Origin: a virus
IMG/VR virus record: IMGVR_UViG_3300028800_000060
Location: 64,001-128,000 of that record
DNA: 64,000 bases
Strand: one strand, 5' to 3'
Part shown: positions 48,216 to 58,100 of the stretch, in pieces
Numbering within the stretch: the stretch's first letter is position 1
Layout of the letters: each line of letters begins with the position of its first letter
Notes under the pieces: generated by a model
Seen by the model: the letters and a program-made list of their open reading frames with translations, nothing else
Database searches by the model: none
Told to the model about the DNA's origin: nothing
Made by a program: the position numbers and the translations under genes

Positions 48216-49385
48216 ATGAAACTGCGCATACATGTTATTTCCTTACCGCATACCAAGACCAATAAGCTATATTGTGCCTGTGCCTACACCCAAAAAATCC
48301 TGAATTTTTGTAAGATGATGCATTCCCTCGGCCATACCGTTTTTCATTACGGAGCCGAGGGTTCTCAGGTTGAATGTACAGAACAAATACAAATAATTTC
48401 TGATGCCGAACAGCGCCATTATTTTGGTGCAACTGATTGGAAAAAAAATACCTTCCCTATTAAATGGGATTCTAGAGAACCGTATTGGGATCTAACCAAT
48501 GTGCGTGCTGCAACCGAAATTAATAAACGAAAACAAAAACAGGATTTTGTTTGTGTTGTTGGTGGTGTTTGTCAAAAACCTCTTACAGATTTGGTAGGCG
48601 AATCACATACAATTAATGTCGAACCTTTTGTTGGTTATTATGGAATATATACCAAATATCGGGCATTTGAAAGTTATACACATCAATCTTGTGTATATGG
48701 AACAATGTCAGGTGATCCAAATGGACAATTATATGATTGTGTGATTCCAAATTATTATGATCCCAGTGATTTCTCAATTTCAACAGAGCGAAAAGATTAT
48801 TTACTTTACATTGGAAGATTAATTTCCAGGAAAGGTATTTTAATAGCTTTGCAAACTGCTAAAGCTACCGGTAGAAAATTGATTATGGCCGGCCAAGGTG
48901 TTAAAGAGATCACCTCCGATCGATTAGTGACCGAAGAGGGAATTACTATTCCTTTGGGGGATGATGTTGAATATTTTGGTTATGCGGGAGTTGAAGAACG
49001 CCGTAAATTAATGGGCGAAGCGCATGCAATTTTGATGCCTACTTTATTTATGGAGCCATTTGGTGGAGTAGCTGTTGAATCTCAGTTGTGTGGTACTCCC
49101 GTTATTTCAACGGACCATGCAGCCTTCACAGAAACAGTAAAACATGGAGAAACTGGTTATCGTTGCCACTCGCTAGAACAATTTGTATGGGCTGTAGAAC
49201 ATACTGATGAACTGCACCTACCGGATGTAATACGAGATATTGCCTTGGCAAATTACTCAATTGATAAGGTCAAATATATGTATGATGAGTGGTTCAATAT
49301 GCTTTTGGGCCTTTGGGGTTCTGGATGGCCGGATTTAACGAGACTCGAAGAACGAAAAAATCTGGATTGGTTGCATAAAATCTGA
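48216..49385 (+). CDS. GT-B (GT4-like) glycosyltransferase
   Basis: YIGRLISRKG, EPFGGVAVESQLCGTPVIS (EX7E); own consensus promoter. Confidence 0.9.
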   Translation: MKLRIHVISLPHTKTNKLYCACAYTQKILNFCKMMHSLGHTVFHYGAEGSQVECTEQIQIISDAEQRHYFGATDWKKNTFPIKWDSREPYWDLTNVRAATEINKRKQKQDFVCVVGGVCQKPLTDLVGESHTINVEPFVGYYGIYTKYRAFESYTHQSCVYGTMSGDPNGQLYDCVIPNYYDPSDFSISTERKDYLLYIGRLISRKGILIALQTAKATGRKLIMAGQGVKEITSDRLVTEEGITIPLGDDVEYFGYAGVEERRKLMGEAHAILMPTLFMEPFGGVAVESQLCGTPVISTDHAAFTETVKHGETGYRCHSLEQFVWAVEHTDELHLPDVIRDIALANYSIDKVKYMYDEWFNMLLGLWGSGWPDLTRLEERKNLDWLHKI

Positions 49386-49401
49386 TGCTAAATAGAAGTA
49401 A

Positions 49402-49788
49402 ATGGCACAACCAAGATTTCGCGACATTTCTCTTTCTTTTCGAAATAATCCAGTAACTGGAGACATTGTTGAACTTTTTGATTCTGATGCTGTAAAGGCT
49501 TCGGTAATTAATCTCGTTATGACGATGAATTTTGAAATTCCTTTTCATCCTGAAGTAGGAAGTGCTGTAATGCGGTCATTATTCGACAATTTCGGAACAA
49601 TGACCGCTGTGAATATTCGGCGGTCAATTTTAGACGTATTACAAAACTTTGAAAGCCGCGTAGAAGTTCTAGGTGTAGATGTTTCTATGGATCCCGATGC
49701 CCATGGATACAATGCACTAATTGTATACCAAATCATCGGACAACCTACTCCAGTAACGATAACACTTTTTCTAGAAAAGACACGATAA
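49402..49788 (+). CDS. 25: baseplate wedge gp25
   Basis: F.DI.LSF..NP.TGD, AVK.SV.NL..T...E.PF.P..GS, FE.RV. Confidence 0.92.
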   Translation: MAQPRFRDISLSFRNNPVTGDIVELFDSDAVKASVINLVMTMNFEIPFHPEVGSAVMRSLFDNFGTMTAVNIRRSILDVLQNFESRVEVLGVDVSMDPDAHGYNALIVYQIIGQPTPVTITLFLEKTR

Positions 49789-51599
49789 TGGCTAATAGCA
49801 GCACATCAACAAAACTCAATATATCGGAATTAGATTTTGATGCGATCATTTCGGCACTTACTAATTACCTACAGTCCCAAAGTGAATTTCAAGATTATAA
49901 TTTCCAGGGATCAGGATTGCGTGTCATTCTTAACATTCTCGCCTATAACACGCATTTTCTTTCATATTATTTAAATATGGTTGCTAATGAATCTTTTCTT
50001 GATTCGGCTGACCGTAGAGAAAATATTGTATCGATTGCAAAACAGTTGGGATATACTCCCTCATCCCGTAAGGCTTCAGAAGCTACAGTAAATTTAACAA
50101 TTACACCTCCAATAAGTCCTACACCACCTGCGTTTCTTACAATACCAATTTATACACCATTTAATACGGTTGTAAATGGAACCACATATACATTTTTAAC
50201 AACACAATCATTATCAGTTCCCTATGATGTGGTTAATAACCGTTATGTTGCAAATAATGTGTTATTAAAAGAAGGAATTGCATATACTTTCCAATATACT
50301 GTTAATACTGGTAATCCAGTTAAGTATGTTATTCCTAACCAGAATGTTGATACGAATACTTTGGTAGTCAGTATACAAGATAGCACTATGAGTTCTTTGC
50401 TTACCACATTCAACTTGGTAAGCGATTTGAATGTTTTGGATGGAACTTCTAATGTATTTTTCTTACAGGAAGTTACAAATGCTAATTATGAAGTTTATTT
50501 TGGAGATGGCATTTTAGGTAAGTCATTAACTGATGGAAATGTTGTAAACTTAACCTTTATTGCATGTAATGCTGATGCGCCAAATTTGGCAAGCATTTTC
50601 ACAATTGCGGGAAATATTAATGGATATAGTAATGTGTTAGTTTCAACCATTAACCCGGCCGCAGGTGGTGCCGAGAGAGAATCTAATGATAGTATTAGGT
50701 TTACAGCACCCCAAAATTATCAAACACAAAATCGTGCGGTTACGGCAAATGATTATGAAACGATTATCACTCGTGAATATCCTAATGTAGATAGTGTAGC
50801 AGTGTGGGGTGGAGAAACAAATATTCCACCACATTATGGAACAGTTTATTTGAGTTTGAAACCTGCATCTGGTTACGTGATCACCAATCTTACAAAACAA
50901 AATATTGTTACAAATATATTACAGGCAAGGAATATAGTTTCAATAATTCCTGTTATTATTGATCCTGATTATATTTTTTTGGTTGTAAATTCTTTGGTGA
51001 AATATAATGCCCGCGCCACTACATTGACATCCGGTCAATTACAAAATAACGTTATAACCACGATAGAAAATTTTGCCGAAACTAATATTGGTCATTTTGG
51101 TGATATTTTCCGTTATTCTCAATTAACCCGGGCTATAGACGAAACTAATCCCGCCATTACAAATGACTTGACAACTGTATTAATGCAAAAACGATTTGTT
51201 CCACCCTTGAATGTGATTGATACGTATACGATTCTTTTTTCTAATCCAATACTTCCCAATACATTATCAAGCGGTTCATTCGTTGATACGGCAGATCCTA
51301 ATTATGTTTCTGGACAGTTATATTTCTTTGATGATGATGGACAGGGATCTATTAGAACCTATAAGTTTGTGGGACCTGTCAAAACTTATACAAATTTGAA
51401 GTCAGGAACCATAGACTATTCCACTGGTAATGTTATATTGTCCTATTTCAAACCCTCAAGTATAACAGATACGACACAAACACTAAAAATTAGTGTACAG
51501 CCACAGATTAATGATATCTCACCTATTCGCAATAATATCATCTTGATAGATCCAAATGATATTACCGTTTCTATGATGGTTAACACTCAATTAGGATAA
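49788..51599 (+). CDS. 6: baseplate wedge gp6
   Basis: ELDFD.I...L, F.DYNF.GSGL..IL..LAYNTH, NESFLDSA..R, QNRAVT..DY, WGGE. Confidence 0.95.
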   Translation: MANSSTSTKLNISELDFDAIISALTNYLQSQSEFQDYNFQGSGLRVILNILAYNTHFLSYYLNMVANESFLDSADRRENIVSIAKQLGYTPSSRKASEATVNLTITPPISPTPPAFLTIPIYTPFNTVVNGTTYTFLTTQSLSVPYDVVNNRYVANNVLLKEGIAYTFQYTVNTGNPVKYVIPNQNVDTNTLVVSIQDSTMSSLLTTFNLVSDLNVLDGTSNVFFLQEVTNANYEVYFGDGILGKSLTDGNVVNLTFIACNADAPNLASIFTIAGNINGYSNVLVSTINPAAGGAERESNDSIRFTAPQNYQTQNRAVTANDYETIITREYPNVDSVAVWGGETNIPPHYGTVYLSLKPASGYVITNLTKQNIVTNILQARNIVSIIPVIIDPDYIFLVVNSLVKYNARATTLTSGQLQNNVITTIENFAETNIGHFGDIFRYSQLTRAIDETNPAITNDLTTVLMQKRFVPPLNVIDTYTILFSNPILPNTLSSGSFVDTADPNYVSGQLYFFDDDGQGSIRTYKFVGPVKTYTNLKSGTIDYSTGNVILSYFKPSSITDTTQTLKISVQPQINDISPIRNNIILIDPNDITVSMMVNTQLG

Positions 51600-51600
51600 A

Positions 51601-53790
51601 ATGTTTCCATATATTTCACAATATATTCGTACTCAGCCGCCTCAAACAATAAGGGATAATTATCCCTTATTTTTGGATTTCATGACGGCTTATTATGAAT
51701 TTTTAGAACAATCTGGCGGCGCTGTAAATGGTATTTTAACATTACTTAGCCAAAGGGATATTGATACCTCGTTAGATCTATTCCTAAAATATTTTGAATA
51801 TGAATTTTTGCCTAATATTCCTACTACGTTACTTGCTGATCCTCGAAAATTGGCAAAACATATAAAAGATTTTTATTTGGCAAGAGGATCAGAGAAATCT
51901 TTTAAACTTTTATTTCGGATACTTTATGATGATTCGGTTGGGTTTTATTATCCAAAAACTGATATTATTAAACCCTCAGATGGTAAATGGTCAGTAGATA
52001 CCGTAATACGAACAACAACGGTAAATGATACGTATAAGTTTGTTGGTAGACAAATTGTAGGACAAACTTCTGGTGCTACAGCAAACGTTGAAAATGTGGT
52101 TAAATTAACCTATAATAGTGATATTGTTAGTGAAATCTATATCTCTAACCTTTCTATATTAGGAACCTTTCAGGTTGGTGAAAATATTGGCGTATTATTA
52201 CCAAATAATACAACCGTTTATGAAACTGTATATGGATTAGCTACAGGTATAGATCTTACAAATCCGGGAACGGGATATAAAGTTGATGATGTAATTACTA
52301 CATCTACTCCCACTAATGGCGCTAGTGCATTATTTGCTGTAGGTATTATAAGTGGCAACGAAGTGGGAAGAGTTGTTCGCGCCAGTTTTGAAAATTATCC
52401 TCAACCCCCTTTAATCCAATTATCATCAACGGCTTCAATTACTGATGGATTTTATAATAATCTTTTAATTACCATTACAGATGGTTCTGGTGCGGGTCAG
52501 ACAAGAACAATTATTGGATATAATGGAACGCAGCAAGTAGCTCTATTAGATACAAATTGGATTGTATTGCCAGATATTACCAGCCATTATAGCATTTCTT
52601 TAGGTAAAATTAAAATCGTAAAAGCTAAAGATTTTGGTTATAATTTTTCAACACCTATTGCGGCTGATTTTTCTCTTTCAGGAAATAAAGATGCTGTGGG
52701 TACAATTACTGTAGGCGCCGTGGGCCAGTATGCGGGAAGATTTATAAACAATGATGGCTTCTTGAGTTATAGAAAATATTTACAAGATAGTTTTTATTAC
52801 CAAGATTTTTCGTATGTATTACGTGTCCACGAAACATTAACTGAATATATTAATGTTGTTAAAAAATTGTTGCATCCTGCTGGGTTAGCTTTATTTGGTA
52901 TAGATATTATTGATAGTGCAACATTTATCCGAAAAACACATAATCTTTCGGCAACAGTTACCACAACTACTTTTGGTGGAGTTCCACCTCCCACGAATTT
53001 ACAAGTTCAATATGATATGATTGAAGGTATTGATCCTCAATTGTTGTATGATGTCAGTCCTGCATATCCAAATGGGTTTAATGCTACATTAGGATCAATA
53101 CATGGAAGTGATATTGATGATCCTTCTTGGGGAGCACCAGGAGTATCATTTTTCAATACCTTTATAAATGCACGAGTAGTACCAATTAATAACACACAGC
53201 AAACGATAATTGTTGTGGCGAAAGCCAACGTACTTCAAGATAATTCGGGATTAATTGGTTGTATTGATGAAAATAAAGATTTGGGTGTAACGGGGTATCA
53301 GATATACATAAACTCCGATGGTAGTTTGGTTTTTAGAACGCAAAAAATAAATACCATACAGAATGATTTGAGGATTAATTATCCTGCGGGGTCTATAAAT
53401 ACTTCTGATTACTTTTTTGCGGCTTTGCGATATTTTAATAATACTATTGTTGGTAATTTAAATTTAAATTCTTCTATTATTGGCAGTTACGGTACAAATA
53501 TTGATTCGACGTCCATATTATCTAATTCGCGCGGTTATTATTTGGGTACGGGAGGCTTTCATCAAAGTCTTTCAACTACACCATCACTCTACGGATCCGC
53601 ACTCTACGGATCAACACTCGCAGGTATTCCATCTGCTATCAATGTTCCTGTAACTTTGTACCAAGGTTATTTTGATGGAATTATTAGTTACGTGTTGATC
53701 TACAATAGGTTTTTATCTGATACAGAAATCCTTACAGCACATCAGTTTGTTAAAGGAGTGATGAATGGACGAGGTATTCCACTTTCATAA
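51601..53790 (+). CDS. 7: baseplate wedge gp7-like protein with C-terminal LamG-like domain
   Basis: F..AYYEFLE, RDID, K.IKDFY.ARGSE.SFKLLFRIL, LQDS.YYQDFSYV, LHPAG. Confidence 0.8.
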   Translation: MFPYISQYIRTQPPQTIRDNYPLFLDFMTAYYEFLEQSGGAVNGILTLLSQRDIDTSLDLFLKYFEYEFLPNIPTTLLADPRKLAKHIKDFYLARGSEKSFKLLFRILYDDSVGFYYPKTDIIKPSDGKWSVDTVIRTTTVNDTYKFVGRQIVGQTSGATANVENVVKLTYNSDIVSEIYISNLSILGTFQVGENIGVLLPNNTTVYETVYGLATGIDLTNPGTGYKVDDVITTSTPTNGASALFAVGIISGNEVGRVVRASFENYPQPPLIQLSSTASITDGFYNNLLITITDGSGAGQTRTIIGYNGTQQVALLDTNWIVLPDITSHYSISLGKIKIVKAKDFGYNFSTPIAADFSLSGNKDAVGTITVGAVGQYAGRFINNDGFLSYRKYLQDSFYYQDFSYVLRVHETLTEYINVVKKLLHPAGLALFGIDIIDSATFIRKTHNLSATVTTTTFGGVPPPTNLQVQYDMIEGIDPQLLYDVSPAYPNGFNATLGSIHGSDIDDPSWGAPGVSFFNTFINARVVPINNTQQTIIVVAKANVLQDNSGLIGCIDENKDLGVTGYQIYINSDGSLVFRTQKINTIQNDLRINYPAGSINTSDYFFAALRYFNNTIVGNLNLNSSIIGSYGTNIDSTSILSNSRGYYLGTGGFHQSLSTTPSLYGSALYGSTLAGIPSAINVPVTLYQGYFDGIISYVLIYNRFLSDTEILTAHQFVKGVMNGRGIPLS

Positions 53791-53799
53791 ATATAAAGT

Positions 53800-55164
53800 A
53801 TGCCACTAACAGCCATAGAAAACAACCAATTTCGGATATATTCCGCACAAAAATTTATTGAAGGATTACAATCGCAAACCTCTCAAAATAATCTTTATGT
53901 GTGGATTGGGAAAGTTACCCCTTGGTCTAATGAAAATAATCCACCACAACCTAACGATACTGTGGCTGCTAGGATTTCTAGTTTTGCTGATATGTTATCG
54001 GCCAAGAGAGTTTCACCTTCTGATGCGAGCTTAGTAATTCCTCGACACAATTGGCAGCCATCTACCGTATATTCACAATATTCGGATTTAGGAGCGATTG
54101 CAAGCGGAATATACTATGATTTATACGAACCAAATACAAATACTGCTCCGTTCTATGTGATAACTACCGATTATAATGTGTATAAATGTATCAGCAACAA
54201 TTATGGTGCAAATACTTCCGTTATGCCGACGGGTACAAGTACAACACCAATTACAACTGCTGATGGATATATTTGGAAATTTATGTTTCAAGTATCTTCC
54301 GCAAATGTTTTGAAATTTTTGTCTGATGACTGGATTCCAGTATATTCATTATCATCTAATGATGGAACTACCCAATGGTCAGTACAAGCAACAGCAGTTC
54401 CTGGATCAATTGAATTCATTCAAGTAACAAATGTTGGATCCAGTTATACAAGTGTCCCACCAGTTACTGTTTTGGGTGATGGAGTAGGCTGTACAGCCGT
54501 TGCTGTTTTAACAGGCACTACAGTTACGGGAATTAATATTATAACTAAAGGCCAGGGTTACTCATATGCCACAGTAACAATTGGTGGTCCCGGTTCTAAT
54601 GCTGCGGCTCACGCAATGATAAGTCCTCCCGGTGGCCATGGTTCTAATGCTGTTGCTGAATTGGGTGCAATGTATGTTATGGTAGATGTTTCATTGAATT
54701 ATGATGAATCCAATAAAATCACAACTGGCAATGATTATAGGAAATTTGGTCTACTTTTAAATCCCTTATTCTACGAATCACAAGTATATTATTATCCTTT
54801 AATAGCAACCGCGACTACAAACCTAACATTAACGGGAGTTACAGGTACATTTGATCCCGATGTTTTGGTTACAGGTTCTACAAGCGGTGTAACTGGAAGA
54901 GTTGTTGATTTTGATTTGGCCGGTTCAAATATTTTACGGTTAAACGAAGTTACCAGAGGAACAGCAAGTGGTTACTTATCAACTGCCAGTGGTTTCGTAG
55001 TGAGTGAAACTTTAATTACCGCAAGTGGTATTGCGGAAATAAGTTCAGTAGTTGCTCCCGATATTGAACCTAATTCTGGTTTGATTTTAACTACAGAATA
55101 TATGAGTCCCGTTATGCGGTCTCCATCACAAATAGAAGATATAAAAATAACATTGCCGTTCTAA
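53800..55164 (+). CDS. 8: baseplate wedge gp8
   Basis: VIPR..W, FYV....YNVYKCI.N, T.DGYIWKFM, SPPGGHG.N...ELG, R...Q.EDIKI...F. Confidence 0.88.
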   Translation: MPLTAIENNQFRIYSAQKFIEGLQSQTSQNNLYVWIGKVTPWSNENNPPQPNDTVAARISSFADMLSAKRVSPSDASLVIPRHNWQPSTVYSQYSDLGAIASGIYYDLYEPNTNTAPFYVITTDYNVYKCISNNYGANTSVMPTGTSTTPITTADGYIWKFMFQVSSANVLKFLSDDWIPVYSLSSNDGTTQWSVQATAVPGSIEFIQVTNVGSSYTSVPPVTVLGDGVGCTAVAVLTGTTVTGINIITKGQGYSYATVTIGGPGSNAAAHAMISPPGGHGSNAVAELGAMYVMVDVSLNYDESNKITTGNDYRKFGLLLNPLFYESQVYYYPLIATATTNLTLTGVTGTFDPDVLVTGSTSGVTGRVVDFDLAGSNILRLNEVTRGTASGYLSTASGFVVSETLITASGIAEISSVVAPDIEPNSGLILTTEYMSPVMRSPSQIEDIKITLPF

Positions 55165-55179
55165 GGACTAAATAGGTAT

Positions 55180-58100
55180 ATGCCAATTACATTTTCAACA
55201 GCGCCATATTATGATGATTTTTCTGCGGCAAAAGAATTTTACAAAATATTATTCCGTCCCGGTTATGCTCTCCAAGCTCGCGAACTAACTCAACTACAAT
55301 CTATTTTTGGTGAGCAACTAAATCGGTTTGGACGATATATTTTCTCCGATGGTGCGATGGTTACACCAGGGCAAATAACATACGATCAAAATCTAGCATA
55401 TGTGAAGGTTAATCCCACATTTTCAGCAGCACCTATTGATTATGATTTGATTGATCCACTTGTAGTGGGAACAACAGTTCAAATTAAAGGTGTGACAACC
55501 GGCATTGTTGCACAGGTTGTTCAGGTTGCCCGCGATATCAATACCATTTACGTAAAATACGTAACATCAGGAACAAGTAATACAGTCGCAACATTTGCTG
55601 ATAATGAAGTTATAAACATTCTTCCTGCAAATATTGGTGTTTGCCAAGCAATAGTTGCCGCATCAACTGGTATAACAGCACAGGCATCAATCGCCGATGG
55701 TGTGTATTTTATTTTCGGTAAATTTTTGAATGTAAATTCTCAAACCATTCGATTGGCAGATTATAACCAATTTCCTAGTGTTAATGTTGGTCTTCAAGCT
55801 GTAGAAACCATTGTTACACCAGAAGATGATACCTCATTAAACGATAATGCTATTGGTACACCGAATTTTGCTGCACCAGGTGCACACCGTTACAAGATCG
55901 TTTTGAATCTTGTTGCTTTACCAGAAGGAACAATAGCTGATAGTGAATTCACTTCCTTAATGGTAATCGCAAACGGAACAATTCAATCTCAAGTTCAAAC
56001 TACCGCACTAAGTGAAATTGCCGATACATTGGCGCGCCGAACATTCGACGCAAATGGTAATTTTATTACAACTCCTTTTGGATTTGATATCCATGAAAGT
56101 CTTTTGAATGGTAATAATGGTGGTGTTTATACAGCTTTACAGGGTGGGCGAGAAGATCAATTAGCATTTGGAATTGAACCTGGAAAAGCATATGTACAAG
56201 GATATGAAATTAAGACTATTACCAAGCAATACATTCCATTAGATAAGGCACGTACAACCAATTTCTTTCAAAATAGTCATACGCGCGCCTATCTGGGTAA
56301 CTTCATCTATATTAATCGCGTATTTGGTATACCAAGTTATGATTTGTGGCCATCGGTGAATTTGTATGCTACGCCAATTGTTACTGATGGTGTGGCACCA
56401 GTAACTTCTATTGTAGGAACTGCTACAATTCGTGGTTTACAATTTCAAGAAGGATCTTTCCAAGTAATTGGTGATCCTGGTCCCATATTTCAATGTTATT
56501 TAACCGATATCAATATAACTACACCAGGATTATCCTTGACAGATATCCGCTCATTGGCAGTAAATGATGGTACACTAACAACAACTGCAAATATCCTAAC
56601 ACAAGTGGATATTGTGAATGTTGTAGGTAGTTTCGCAATAGGTTCTACTATTACAGATGGCACGAATACAGAAACAGTGTATGCCTGGGACACTACAAAT
56701 AATTTATTATTGACTCAGCCTAGCGCAGTTTCTATACCGACTAATTCACCGATCACATCAAGTGCAACTGGAACAGCAAATATTTTACAGCGTATCTCAC
56801 TTTTTGATCCGTCTGATAATATCTTATTATACCAGTTACCTCAAGGAACAGTATCTACAGTCCGTGATACTTCTGGTAGTATCACAACATCATATTCATA
56901 CCGTAAGGTATTTACTCCAGTTGCCGCTAGTTCCGGAACAGTAACATTCGCTACGAGTACTAATGAAGTATTTGCGTCAATGGAAATTACTGATTATGTT
57001 GCATGTATCGAAAGTGGTACGGGTGCAGGTACACTGGTAGATGTTACCAGTTCAAGCCCTGTATTTAGTTCGGGATTGGCGCATTTAACATTTAACGCTC
57101 CTAATGGTACAACGGTAAAACTTTCGGCTACAGTTGTTAAAGAGATTGCCGTAGAGAAAACAAAATCACTACAAACCCAGTCATTGACCGTAACAACTCC
57201 TGCTAGTGTTTTGAATCTTGGAAAAGCCGATATTTATAATATATTGGGCATATGGACAGGAACAGATAATACGGGAACAAATATCACATCATGGTATAAA
57301 TTAGACAGAGGACAACGAGATAATCGTTATGATTTTGGAACACTTTCATTGCTTCCAGGATATACCTCTCCTTCATCAGTGTTTATACAATATCAATATT
57401 TCACCCATAGTTCCGGTGATTACTTTAGTGTGAACAGTTATTTAAATTTTGATGCCGCTCTTCCAAATTATATTGCCGGGGCCACGTATTATCCATTAAT
57501 TCCTTCATATAATGGATCAAATGGTACGAAGTATCTATTACGTGATTGTTACGATTTTCGTCCTCGCGTAAATGATACGGCCACACCAACAAGCACTATA
57601 GCTAATGCTGCTGTACCGGTACCACCAACATATGTTACTCCAGGTAAATTAGTGAAACCTAATGATGATATAGTCTCGGACTTCTCATATTATCTAGGTC
57701 GTATCGATAAGATTTATTTGGATGAAAATGGATTTTTCCGTGTAATTGAAGGCACACCTTCATTAACACCATTAGCTCCACCAGATCCTGCAACAGGGAT
57801 GGTTGTTGCTATTTTGGGATATCCCGCATACACGTTTTCACCAACCAGCGTTTCCATTAAGAGTATTCCAAATAAGGTTTATCCAATGGTGAAGATTGGT
57901 GATTTAGAGACTCGTATTGCCCAGTTGGAATATTACACGGCTTTAAATTTGTTGGAACAACAAACTGCCAATATGCAGATTCCGGATGCAACAACGGGAT
58001 TAAACCGATATCAATCTGGGTTTATAGTTGATAATTTCGTGGACAACAGTGTTTCAGATTATAATAATTCGGATTGTAAATTTTCTTTGGATGCATTGAA

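Larger units (their letters stand above)
5619..55174. promoter_or_regulatory. dispersed set of T4 late-type promoters (TA)TAAATA
   Basis: Plus strand: 5619, 8051, 22672, 23436, 35047, 35391, 40207, 43990, 49389, 53788, 55169. Minus strand: about 18151, 32198, 33134, 34602, 35053. Mostly directly upstream of structural genes; gp33 is encoded in the window. Confidence 0.75.
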
